Positions 21,794 through 30,734 of a stretch of 64,000 nucleotides of DNA are shown here, piece after piece. The first letter of the stretch is position 1; each line of letters starts with the position of its first letter. Location: assembly GCA_964652195.1 (NCBI GenBank), contig CAZZBB010000076.1, positions 16,228 through 80,227 of the forward strand, written 5' to 3'. The position numbers and the translations under genes are program-made. Below the pieces are notes generated by a model. It was not told the DNA's origin. It made no database searches and worked only from the letters and a program-made list of their open reading frames with translations. The DNA is from an uncultured bacterium (lineage in GTDB: Bacteria; Poribacteria; WGA-4E; WGA-3G).

Positions 21794-22825
21794 TTATACA
21801 TTTAATTCCTTCAAAACTGTAGTGGCTTTTATAGCCATATCAGATGTAGGATCACGTCTGACTATTCTATTTAATTGATATACTGCACGTTCATCTCCCT
21901 CCTCTGCTAATACTAATGCCTCCTCAAAACCCTTGTTAATATAGCTTAAATCTCTTGGAAATATTGTTAGGTCTAAATCTCTCCAATAGTACTTCAATTC
22001 ATCAGAATCCCATTTCTCATAAACATCATCCCATTTTAGATTGTTAAAAATATTCAAGTGTGGTTCAAGCATATGTTCTGCTATTGGATCATCAACTGCT
22101 TGATACCGGTTGTCGAGAGACACACGAAGCCGATCCTCTGATAAATTTGGAAGTGCCTTATGGATTGTTAATGCAGGGAAAATTAAAGTATCACCAATTT
22201 CATAGTTGGTTGTATGCCATTCACCTGATAACTCATCTGTATCAACACAGAGTCCACCTGCCCCCAGTGAAAAGTGGTGTTCCATCACACTCTTGACTTT
22301 ATGTGATCCGGGTAATACTGCCAAACCACCTAACTCAATTGGACAATCACCAACTGGTGCCCAACAGGTGTATGTCTGGAAATTACCTTGAAAATGTACA
22401 AAATCCTGATGTATCGGCGTTGTATGTTCAGTATATTTTGGATACCAAAGTCGTGCAATCTTCTGTGGGTGTGGTAATACCTCTTTACCTATGATTTTCT
22501 CCAGCATTTCAACGACTTCTAACCAATGACCTGACCGATGAAATACTTCCAATTTGTAAACCTCATGGTAAACATCAGTGTATTCTGGATCTCCCTCAGT
22601 ACACTGTGTTGAAATATCAGCAATTCCATCCATTGGATCTGTGTCTGGAATTAGCCAACCACTCTTCTGCATGGTTGAAAGCATTTCCATTCGTAAATCC
22701 AGCAACTTGTAAGGATCTTGCAACTTCTTGAAAAATAGATAACCTTCATCCGACATTCTTGAACGAAGCCTTTCTGGATTATCCATTATATCATTAGATA
22801 TGCGAAGTTCTCGTAATTCCTCCAT
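21794..22825 (-). CDS. Phytanoyl-CoA dioxygenase (PhyH) family oxygenase
   Basis: TTPIHQDF (HxD), TCWAPVGD, LPGSH, GDTLIFPALTIHKA, RVSLDNRY. Confidence 0.9.
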   Translation of the reverse strand: MEELRELRISNDIMDNPERLRSRMSDEGYLFFKKLQDPYKLLDLRMEMLSTMQKSGWLIPDTDPMDGIADISTQCTEGDPEYTDVYHEVYKLEVFHRSGHWLEVVEMLEKIIGKEVLPHPQKIARLWYPKYTEHTTPIHQDFVHFQGNFQTYTCWAPVGDCPIELGGLAVLPGSHKVKSVMEHHFSLGAGGLCVDTDELSGEWHTTNYEIGDTLIFPALTIHKALPNLSEDRLRVSLDNRYQAVDDPIAEHMLEPHLNIFNNLKWDDVYEKWDSDELKYYWRDLDLTIFPRDLSYINKGFEEALVLAEEGDERAVYQLNRIVRRDPTSDMAIKATTVLKELNV

Positions 22826-23082
22826 ATTCTGAGTACTCCTTGGTCAACCTGTTAATTTAGCTATAATTGCTTTCGGATTTAGTCGTTTTAGACTTGGTAA
22901 AATGTTTGAAGAGTGCGATAAACCCTTGTATTGATTGGGTTTATATGGTATAAGAGATAAGAAATTAGGGGCTGGACCCCCTAATTGAACACAAAAAACG
23001 AGTTGTTTTCTAATGTTCTCGCTTTTCTACATTGTATAAGAATCCGTCAGAAAAATCAACTTATTACGGAGTATCTGATGGA

Positions 23083-23142
23083 TTGATTAAGATTATAGAG
23101 ATGTTCCCAACCCAAGAGGATTGTATAGCGTATTTGGAGCGT
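23083..23142 (+). mobile_element. Short N-terminal remnant of an IS1595-like transposase
   Basis: LIKIIEMFPTQEDCIAYLE resembles the 'F-P-T-x-E-x-C-x-x-Y-L-E' start of IS1595 transposases; the similarity stops abruptly at the neighbouring IS remnant. Confidence 0.55.
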
Positions 23143-23580
23143 CCCTTGACGCTTACTAAGGACACAGTTAAAATGACAAACCGGGAATCGCTTTTCCAGG
23201 TAATGAAGAAAAGAAGCGGTCTATTCCATAAGTCTTTTTCCAGTTTTGACACCATGCTTATCTGCTACAAGGATATACAAACTTTTAGGATCAAACAGAT
23301 AGTTTTGAACAACAACAAATACATCTTTGACCAAGGGAAACCTGTGCTAAAGAAGCGTTGTATCGTGCGATAGCTACCTCCTTTTGATGTCCACCGGGAG
23401 ATATTTAACAAGGTGACCTGACCAGTCATCGCAAGCAGGGAAAATACAACTTGGCATAACTGGCGGATCATAGTAGTAGATAAACATGGATTAAGTACAG
23501 TAAATAATGCTATAATTTCTGGTATGGATGTGTGTCCTTTCTAAGTTATGATAAAGTTTTAAAACTTTAGGACAGACACC
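23140..23580 (-). pseudogene. Frameshifted, truncated DDE transposase (IS4/IS701-like)
   Basis: Minus strand IPEIIALFTVLNPCLSTTMIRQLCQVVFSLLAMTGQVTLLNISRWTSKGGSYRTIQRFF; after frameshifts GKKTYGIDRFFSSLPGKAIPGLSF..VSLVSVKGR. Start codon appears decayed (ATA). Confidence 0.7.
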
Positions 23581-23662
23581 CTTTTTATTTAAGTGTTTTT
23601 GGCGAAGGTTTTGTAAACGTAAAAAGCTATTCAATATCCATTTTCGTAATATCAAAGGTGGC

Positions 23663-23890
23663 TTGCACAATTTTCAGGAGGTATGGCCAGATGAGGGAGA
23701 TGTTGATATGTTCCGGGTTGCAAAAACATTGCGTGATGTAGAATATCCATACATGTCGATGCCTGATCATGCCCCATCACATCCAGATGATAAATCACCT
23801 AGAGGTGTTTCTGGTCATGTTCGTCAAGCGTGGGGATACCAATTTGGATATATTATTGCATTGATTCAAGTGGTTAATTCCATGAATTGA
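23663..23890 (+). pseudogene. uxuA: C-terminal fragment of mannonate dehydratase
   Basis: FQEVWPDEGDVDM...MPDHAP...AWGYQFGYIIAL matches the UxuA C-terminus; the N-terminal ~280 aa are absent where the IS remnant lies. Confidence 0.72.
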
Positions 23891-23963
23891 ATTCATTTTT
23901 TCATTATTTATTGATAAGCAATATTAAATAATAATCTTACGATTTTCGATAGGTGTCAAACCC

Positions 23964-23987
23964 GTAGGGGCGGGGTTTCCCCGCCCG
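23964..23987 (+). repeat. REP-like palindrome
   Basis: GTAGGGGCGGGGTTTCCCCGCCC; a related copy GTAGGGACGGGGTCTCCCCGTCC lies at 52014. Confidence 0.65.
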
Positions 23988-24077
23988 TTATTGACGCACA
24001 ATGTGAATATTTAATATTGAAACTTGCTTAAATAGTAAACACAACATGAGTTGGATGTAAGAGAAATGAGGTTTTAA

Positions 24078-25250
24078 TTGCAAATGAAAACAGAAGAGAA
24101 TAGTAGCTTAAATATTGAAAGTGCACGGGAATTAAACCGGCTTGCTTCTGAAGATATTTCACAGGGAGAGATTGAATCTGCATGTGAGAAATTACTTGAT
24201 GCAATTCGAATAGCACCTAACTTAGCTGCACCCCATACCAATTTGGGGGTTTTATATTGTTGGGAAGGAAAGTTGGATGAAGCAATTAGATTACATCTAA
24301 AAGCACTACATCTGGAGCCTAATCTCTCAGCACCACACACGAATCTTGGGGTAGCTTATGCATGGAATGGACAACTTGACATAGCAATTCAATCCGTTAA
24401 AGCTGCCCTCAAATTCAATCCAAATTCTGCGGAAGCACATACCTGTCTTGGGTTCATCTATATTTCCAAAGGTGATATTGAGGCTGCAATAGAATCAACA
24501 AATGAAGCAATCCGTCTCGGTGATGGGGGAGAAGCACATTCTAATCTTGGGTTAATCTATACATGGCAAGGACAATTTGATAAAGCTGTAGATCTCTATA
24601 AAAAGGCAATTGAAACCGATCCAACTTTAGCAGAACCGCATAACAATCTTGGATTGCTTTACATGTTTAAAGGGGAAAGTGATAATGCTATCAAAGCATT
24701 CAAGTCTTCCATCAAACACGATGGAGGAGAAGAACCACGTTCAAACCTTGGATTACTTTATACATGGCAAGGGGATTTCAAAAAAGCAATTTCCTTACAT
24801 CAAGAAGCAATTGAAATGGCACCGGATACAACGGAAGTTCATATCAATTTGGCATACACATACTTTTCTCAGAGTAAACTTGATGAAGCAATGAAGACTA
24901 TAAAGGATGCTCTACGGACAGACCCAAATTCCGCAGAAGCAAACAACAATATAGGAATAATCCATTTCTTACAAAATAGAACTACCGAAGCGATTTCTTC
25001 CTATAAAAAAGCAGGAACATTAGCTGAAGCACGAAACAATTTGGGAATCGTCTATTATCAACAAGGTAATCAAGATGCAGCAATTACGGAATTCAACGCA
25101 TCTATTGAAGCTGAAAACTTGGAGGAAGCAAACAACAATTTAAAAATGATAACTTCAAAATCAAAAACCGTTGATGCATCTGAACTTCAGATCTCTCCGA
25201 TTGGTGCACCGATGGGTGCACCCGCGGTATGGTGTGAAATTGTAGATTGA
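24078..25250 (+). CDS. Tetratricopeptide repeat protein
   Basis: About 9-10 TPR units (e.g. APHTNLGVLYCWEGKLDEAI, EAHSNLGLIYTWQGQFDKAV, EARNNLGIVYYQQG). Confidence 0.92.
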   Translation: MQMKTEENSSLNIESARELNRLASEDISQGEIESACEKLLDAIRIAPNLAAPHTNLGVLYCWEGKLDEAIRLHLKALHLEPNLSAPHTNLGVAYAWNGQLDIAIQSVKAALKFNPNSAEAHTCLGFIYISKGDIEAAIESTNEAIRLGDGGEAHSNLGLIYTWQGQFDKAVDLYKKAIETDPTLAEPHNNLGLLYMFKGESDNAIKAFKSSIKHDGGEEPRSNLGLLYTWQGDFKKAISLHQEAIEMAPDTTEVHINLAYTYFSQSKLDEAMKTIKDALRTDPNSAEANNNIGIIHFLQNRTTEAISSYKKAGTLAEARNNLGIVYYQQGNQDAAITEFNASIEAENLEEANNNLKMITSKSKTVDASELQISPIGAPMGAPAVWCEIVD

Positions 25251-25294
25251 GAAATCCTTAGATTTACTTAATAAAACTAATCACGGAGATAAAT

Positions 25295-26575
25295 ATGGAA
25301 AAGCTACCGAACATTGTTTTTATACTTGCTGATGATCACGGTTATGGTGATATCTCAGCACATAATGGACCCTCAATTCAAACACCACATATTGATAGAA
25401 TCGCAGATGAAGGCATACGACTTACACAATTCTATGCAAACTCATCTGTCTGTTCACCAAGTCGCGCATCGCTTATGACGGGTCGCTATCCGGATAGAGT
25501 TGGTGTGCCGGGGGTAATTCGAACACACCCAGAAAACAATTGGGGATATTTTCGACAGGATGCTATCACACTCCCATCAATATTAAAACAGAAAGATTAC
25601 AAAACATCTCTAATTGGTAAATGGCATCTTGGACTTGAAGATGAGAATCACCCATGTAAAAGAGGATTTGATTATTTTCACGGCTTTCTCGGTGATATGA
25701 TGGATGACTATTACACACATCTTCGCCATCAGAATAACTATATGCGTCGTGATTTTGAAACAATTGACCCAAGAGGACACGCTACCGATCTATTCTCAGA
25801 TTGGAGTGTTGAGTTTATCCAAGAACAGACACAATCTACACAACCCTTCTTTCTATATCTCGCATATAATGCACCGCACACACCGATTCAACCGCCGGAT
25901 GATTGGGTTGATAGAGTGAAGGATCGTGAACCAGATATTTCAGAACAACGGGCAAAATATATCGCTCTTGTTGAACACATGGATGCAGGTATTGGACGGG
26001 TTCTTGATTCACTTGAAAAAAACGATCAACTTTCAAATACTCTTGTGATTTATACATCTGACAACGGGGGGCAGATGGGGGTTGGAGCACATAACGGACC
26101 ACTCCGTGGGGAGAAGGGGCAGATGTATGAAGGTGGTATACGGGTGCCTACTTGTGCCATGTGGAAAGGAAATATTCCTCAAGGACATGTCTCAGATCAA
26201 GTCAGTATGATAATGGATTTTTATCCTACTCTTTGTGAAATAACAGGGATACATATAAACCATGATATTGAGGGACAGTCAATTTTGAAAACATTGCAAG
26301 GCGGAAAACAGGATCTATCCGAAAGGCTACTCTACTGGATTCGAAGAGAGGGAGGACAACAGTTCTTAGGAGATTGTCAACATGCAGTTAGACGTGGTGA
26401 TTTAAAACTGCTGCATAACAGACCCTTTGAACCACTTGAACTTTACGACTTATCAAATGATCCATTTGAAGCAACAGATACTGCCAAAACGAATACAGAT
26501 CTATTTAAAGAGATGGGGAATCTTTTTCAACAAGAAATACAGAAATCAGGGAGCATTCCTTGGCAAAAGGGATAA
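25295..26575 (+). CDS. Sulfatase (arylsulfatase A-like)
   Basis: PNIVFILADD, formylglycine motif CSPSR followed by LMTGRY, GKWHLG, YNAPH, SDNG, YEGGIRVP. Confidence 0.95.
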   Translation: MEKLPNIVFILADDHGYGDISAHNGPSIQTPHIDRIADEGIRLTQFYANSSVCSPSRASLMTGRYPDRVGVPGVIRTHPENNWGYFRQDAITLPSILKQKDYKTSLIGKWHLGLEDENHPCKRGFDYFHGFLGDMMDDYYTHLRHQNNYMRRDFETIDPRGHATDLFSDWSVEFIQEQTQSTQPFFLYLAYNAPHTPIQPPDDWVDRVKDREPDISEQRAKYIALVEHMDAGIGRVLDSLEKNDQLSNTLVIYTSDNGGQMGVGAHNGPLRGEKGQMYEGGIRVPTCAMWKGNIPQGHVSDQVSMIMDFYPTLCEITGIHINHDIEGQSILKTLQGGKQDLSERLLYWIRREGGQQFLGDCQHAVRRGDLKLLHNRPFEPLELYDLSNDPFEATDTAKTNTDLFKEMGNLFQQEIQKSGSIPWQKG

Positions 26576-26726
26576 TCAATTTCTATATTTAAAGGTTTTT
26601 ACAATTTTGGTTAATTACAAATATTTTTACTTGATCCATGCTAATTGAGGAAGCATAAAATGAACGCATCTCTCATCAGAAATCTATCCTTAGAAATTAC
26701 TATCTTTTGGATATAAAATGACTCTT

Positions 26727-26761
26727 TAACGTTGGTGTATACTATGTATACACCAACGTTA
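26727..26761. promoter_or_regulatory. Perfect 16-bp inverted repeat upstream of the grpE-hsp70 promoter (operator or terminator)
   Basis: taacgttggtgtatac-tat-gtatacaccaacgtta, ending 11 nt before the -35 box. Confidence 0.6.
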
Positions 26762-26772
26762 TTTCGTTAACA

Positions 26773-26801
26773 TTGACATGCCGTAAAATCCGTTGTATAA
26801 T
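26773..26801 (+). promoter_or_regulatory. Consensus sigma70 promoter of the Hsp70/J-like array locus
   Basis: TTGACA (26773-26778), 17-nt spacer, TATAAT (26796-26801). Confidence 0.8.
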
Positions 26802-26865
26802 CAAACAAAAACAATTTGAATGTATAATAGTCATTCCTACATCATAGGTATGAGAGGATTCAGTT

Positions 26866-27582
26866 TTGAGCAGTGAAATGAATAACGATCTTGATGCAAA
26901 ATTAAAAAAAATCTTGGATAGTCAGACAAACTTAGATACGGAAAATCCTGATGACACAGTAGATACTGTTGGAGATACCCCAATGGAGGACATGGAATTA
27001 CATCAGATAAATACACTTACTGAGATTAACCAGTCTTTGACGGTATTACTCGAATTATTTGAAAAACACATATCTGGAAATCAGAATCAAGTCCAGATGT
27101 TTGATAAAATGTATGCCGAAATGAAGGACTATAAAGAGAGTTTTCTACTTGAAGTACTTCATAAACCGGTTATCCATAACTTAATTCAACTCTACGATAG
27201 TTTTATATCACTTGAATCTCAACTTACTAACCTTATTGATGAGAATAATGATAACACACTATTAAATGAGTTGAGGCAATATAGTAGTAATTTACAGAAT
27301 TTTCGTTTTGAACTTGAAGAAGTTTTATACCGCATGGATGTAACACCCTATCAGAATTCACCAGATACATTGGATAGGCAGTTACATAAGACACGGAAAG
27401 TTATATCTACAGACGATCCAAATATGGATCAGAAAGTAGCAGAAGTGCATAAAATCGGATTCTATTGGCGTGAGAAAGTGTTTCGTCCGGAAGATGTAAC
27501 CATTTATCGTTATATGGCCTCCACAGAAAAATCTGAAAATGGTAATACTAAACATTCTTCAGATAAACAAAGGGGAGATTAA
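26866..27582 (+). CDS. grpE: GrpE-like nucleotide exchange factor
   Basis: Acidic N-terminal tail, long coiled coil, and C-terminal beta domain ...DQKVAEVHKIGFYWREKVFRPEDVTIY; its stop directly abuts the Hsp70 ATG. Confidence 0.8.
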   Translation: MSSEMNNDLDAKLKKILDSQTNLDTENPDDTVDTVGDTPMEDMELHQINTLTEINQSLTVLLELFEKHISGNQNQVQMFDKMYAEMKDYKESFLLEVLHKPVIHNLIQLYDSFISLESQLTNLIDENNDNTLLNELRQYSSNLQNFRFELEEVLYRMDVTPYQNSPDTLDRQLHKTRKVISTDDPNMDQKVAEVHKIGFYWREKVFRPEDVTIYRYMASTEKSENGNTKHSSDKQRGD

Positions 27583-29178
27583 ATGGGTAAAGTTGTCGGA
27601 ATAGATTTAGGTACGACATTTTCTGCGATAGCACATATAAATGAGCATGGACAACCTGAAATTATCCCCAATTTGGAGAGTGACCGAATTACACCATCGG
27701 TCGTAATGTTTGAAGACAATCTTGTAACCGTTGGAAAAATAGCTAAGCAGAATGCCAGAGCTGTCCCTGAACAAATTGTTGAGTTTATCAAAAGGGAGAT
27801 GGGTAAATCAAGAACGAATTTCTTCCGTACATTCGATGAAAAAGACTATTCCCCTGAAGAACTATCTGCGCTCATTATGAGGAAACTGAAACAAGATGCT
27901 GAGATCTATCTGAATGAAGAGGTGACTGATGCTGTAATCACTGTTCCTGCGTATTTTCACGACGCAGAAAGAGAAGCTACGCGAAATGCAGGGAAAATTG
28001 CTGGTTTTAATGTGCTTCAAGTCCTAAACGAACCGACCGCAGCTGCACTCGCTTATGGAATCGATCAACTTGGTAATAACCAAAATGTATTTGTATTTGA
28101 CCTTGGTGGTGGAACATTTGATGTGACAATTATGCAGGTCTCAGAATCTGAAATAAAAATGTTAGCAACAAATGGGGACCATCGGTTAGGGGGCAAAGAT
28201 TGGGACGACAAAATCATTACCTATGTTGCTGAGATGTTTGAGATAGAACATGGAGAGAATCCTCTGGATGATCTTCATACATATCAAGACCTTCAACTGG
28301 ATGCAATTGGAGCCAAAGAATCCTTATCTCAACGACAAAGAGCATTAATTGTATGTGGATATAACGGGAAGACAACCCGTGTTGAATTACTACGCGAGAA
28401 ATTTGAAGAACTTACGACAGATCTACTTGAAAGATGTCGAACTTTGTGTGAGTTAGTATTATCAGAGGCAGAAATGTCTTGGACAGATATTGACAAGATC
28501 TTATTGGTTGGGGGATCGACACGGATGCCTATGGTACAGGAAATGATCCGGTCAATAAGCGGTAAAGAGATTAATCCACATGAAGTTAATCCTGATGAGG
28601 TCGTCGCATTAGGAGCGGCTATTCAAGGAACTCTTCGTCAAATTACAGACGATACTGTTGAAACACCGGAAATGCCTGAAGCTGTTATAGAACGGTTTAT
28701 TGGACCGGATGGAGTACCAAAAGTCACTGTAACGGACGGTGCTACACATAATCTGGGTCTTGTTGTCCTCAATTCACAACGCGATTATATTATCCATGTT
28801 ATGATCCCAAAAATGACTGCTGTTCCGTGTGAAATTGCTGATCAATTCTTGACTGTTGACGAAAACCAACCAACTGTGCTAATTGAGGTAGTGCAAGGAC
28901 TTGAACAGGATCAACTTAGGGATCAAATACCATTTTTTGATGAATATAAGCTGGGAGAATGCACACTTGAATTACCTAACGGATTACCACAAGGATCTCC
29001 AATTGAGGTAAACTATAAATATAATTTAGACCAAAATCTCGAGGTAACAGCAAAATCATTGACAGATGACGGTCCTACAGCAGTTTTTGATATCTTTTCA
29101 ATAATTGATAGACCTACACTTAATGAAGAAGAAGTTTCCAAAGCACAAACAGATCTGCAAGAACTGACAGTTGAATAA
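27583..29178 (+). CDS. Non-canonical Hsp70 (DnaK-like) protein lacking the C-terminal lid
   Basis: GIDLGTTFS, TVPAYF, NEPTAAALAYG, VFDLGGGTFD, LVGGSTRMP, NPDEVVALGAAIQ; beta substrate-binding domain present; only 531 aa. Confidence 0.93.
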   Translation: MGKVVGIDLGTTFSAIAHINEHGQPEIIPNLESDRITPSVVMFEDNLVTVGKIAKQNARAVPEQIVEFIKREMGKSRTNFFRTFDEKDYSPEELSALIMRKLKQDAEIYLNEEVTDAVITVPAYFHDAEREATRNAGKIAGFNVLQVLNEPTAAALAYGIDQLGNNQNVFVFDLGGGTFDVTIMQVSESEIKMLATNGDHRLGGKDWDDKIITYVAEMFEIEHGENPLDDLHTYQDLQLDAIGAKESLSQRQRALIVCGYNGKTTRVELLREKFEELTTDLLERCRTLCELVLSEAEMSWTDIDKILLVGGSTRMPMVQEMIRSISGKEINPHEVNPDEVVALGAAIQGTLRQITDDTVETPEMPEAVIERFIGPDGVPKVTVTDGATHNLGLVVLNSQRDYIIHVMIPKMTAVPCEIADQFLTVDENQPTVLIEVVQGLEQDQLRDQIPFFDEYKLGECTLELPNGLPQGSPIEVNYKYNLDQNLEVTAKSLTDDGPTAVFDIFSIIDRPTLNEEEVSKAQTDLQELTVE

Positions 29179-29253
29179 ATTCCTACACAAATTTACATTT
29201 TCTTAGATAATATCATTAGCATTTCTACCTAAGGTTAACAACAGGATTTACGA

Positions 29254-30648
29254 ATGTCTGATCGAGATGAATTTATATCCTTTGTAACAGATTTTAAAGT
29301 TGTCTCACCTACTATTTCGGACGAACAACGTAAAGGTCTTTTACGGAGAGCTGTACATCAACACGGTCTTACAGTTGAAGATGCTAATGGAATATTGGAT
29401 AATACGGGTCTTGTAATTGGTGAACAACAGGTAAATTATTTTGAAGTATTAGGTATACTGCTTGAAGAGACTAAAAATAAGACCGAATCAGAGATTTCAG
29501 ATCATGTTGTTTCCATACACAAGAGACTATATAGTAAATCCTTGAATTCAGGGGGTCGTCCACGGCATGATGGAAGGTCAGAAGAACAGTGGCGAAGATT
29601 ATTGAATCAAGCTCGTGATGTCCTTATTGATCCCATTAAGAGGCAAGGATATATTGATGAGCTAAATACTTACGATAATGAAGATACTTACGATAATGAA
29701 GAGTTTCATGATGATATATCAATTAAGCCAACCACTTCTATAAGCAATTTATCATTTAATGTTGATGAAAGGGTTATACCAGCACACAAAAAAGTTGTAT
29801 TTACTGTAGTATTTTCACCTGATGGCACATGTGTTGCCAGTGGTAGTGCTGACAAATCAATATGTATCTGGGATATTCAGGCTGAAAAGCAGAAACATAT
29901 TCTTAATGGTCATAATGATACAGTAACATCTGTTAGGTATTCACCAGACGGTAAAACCATAGCAAGCGGGAGTTTTGACGGAACAGTATGTTTATGGAAT
30001 GCTAAATCCGGAGAGTTGAAAAAACGATTAACTGGACAAAAAGATAAGATTAGTTCCGTGGCTTATTCACCTGATGGAAAAACAATAGCAAGTGGAAGTT
30101 ATAATGGAACTATTCAATTATACAATGCTGAGACTGGTGAACCAAAAATCCTCCTCAAAGGACATAGAAATTGGGTTAGTTCAGTTGTATACTCACCTGA
30201 TGGGAAAACAGTTGCATGTGCAAGTTATGACGGGAAGGTCTATTTGTGGAATACTGAAACAGGCGTAAATATACATGTCCTAACAGGTCATAAATTTAGT
30301 GTTATCGCAGTAACCTATTCACCTAATTCTGATACAATCATAAGTACAGATCTGCAAGGAACAATTCTTGCCTGGAATGCAGTTTCTGGCGAACCAAGAA
30401 TCCTACCTACGGGTTTTATGTCCTGGATTAGTTCAGTAGCATATTCCCCGGATGCAACTATTCTCACTTGTGGTAGTTTTCATGGATCAATCACTTTATG
30501 GAATACAGATACATGGGAGGAATTAAAAACTATTAAGGGGCATACGTCAACTGTAAAAGCACTATCCTACTCTCCAGATGGAAGGATTCTGGCAAGCTGC
30601 GGTGGAGATGGTAATGTACGTCTTTGGAGTTCATCATTATACGAATAA
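29254..30648 (+). CDS. J-like N-terminal module fused to WD40 beta-propeller (array member 1)
   Basis: N-terminal ...VNYFEVLG...GGRPRHDGRSEEQWRRLLNQARDVLIDPIKR; seven WD40 repeats (GH...V.SV.YSPDG...ASGS.DG.V.LW). Confidence 0.9.
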   Translation: MSDRDEFISFVTDFKVVSPTISDEQRKGLLRRAVHQHGLTVEDANGILDNTGLVIGEQQVNYFEVLGILLEETKNKTESEISDHVVSIHKRLYSKSLNSGGRPRHDGRSEEQWRRLLNQARDVLIDPIKRQGYIDELNTYDNEDTYDNEEFHDDISIKPTTSISNLSFNVDERVIPAHKKVVFTVVFSPDGTCVASGSADKSICIWDIQAEKQKHILNGHNDTVTSVRYSPDGKTIASGSFDGTVCLWNAKSGELKKRLTGQKDKISSVAYSPDGKTIASGSYNGTIQLYNAETGEPKILLKGHRNWVSSVVYSPDGKTVACASYDGKVYLWNTETGVNIHVLTGHKFSVIAVTYSPNSDTIISTDLQGTILAWNAVSGEPRILPTGFMSWISSVAYSPDATILTCGSFHGSITLWNTDTWEELKTIKGHTSTVKALSYSPDGRILASCGGDGNVRLWSSSLYE

Positions 30649-30734
30649 TACCTACTCAAGCTGCCGATCATTAATGATAGAATACTACAACTGAATTATA
30701 CAGGTTCATATAGAATTTCAAATTGGTTTAATTA

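Noticed and set aside
23032-23373. 113-aa ORF as a genuine gene
   Set aside because: It is a chimeric read across an IS1595-like fragment and the antisense strand of another transposase remnant.
26866-29178. Canonical heat-shock grpE-dnaK-dnaJ operon
   Set aside because: The Hsp70 is short and lid-less with altered linker; there is no zinc-finger DnaJ, no HPD motif, no hrcA and no CIRCE.
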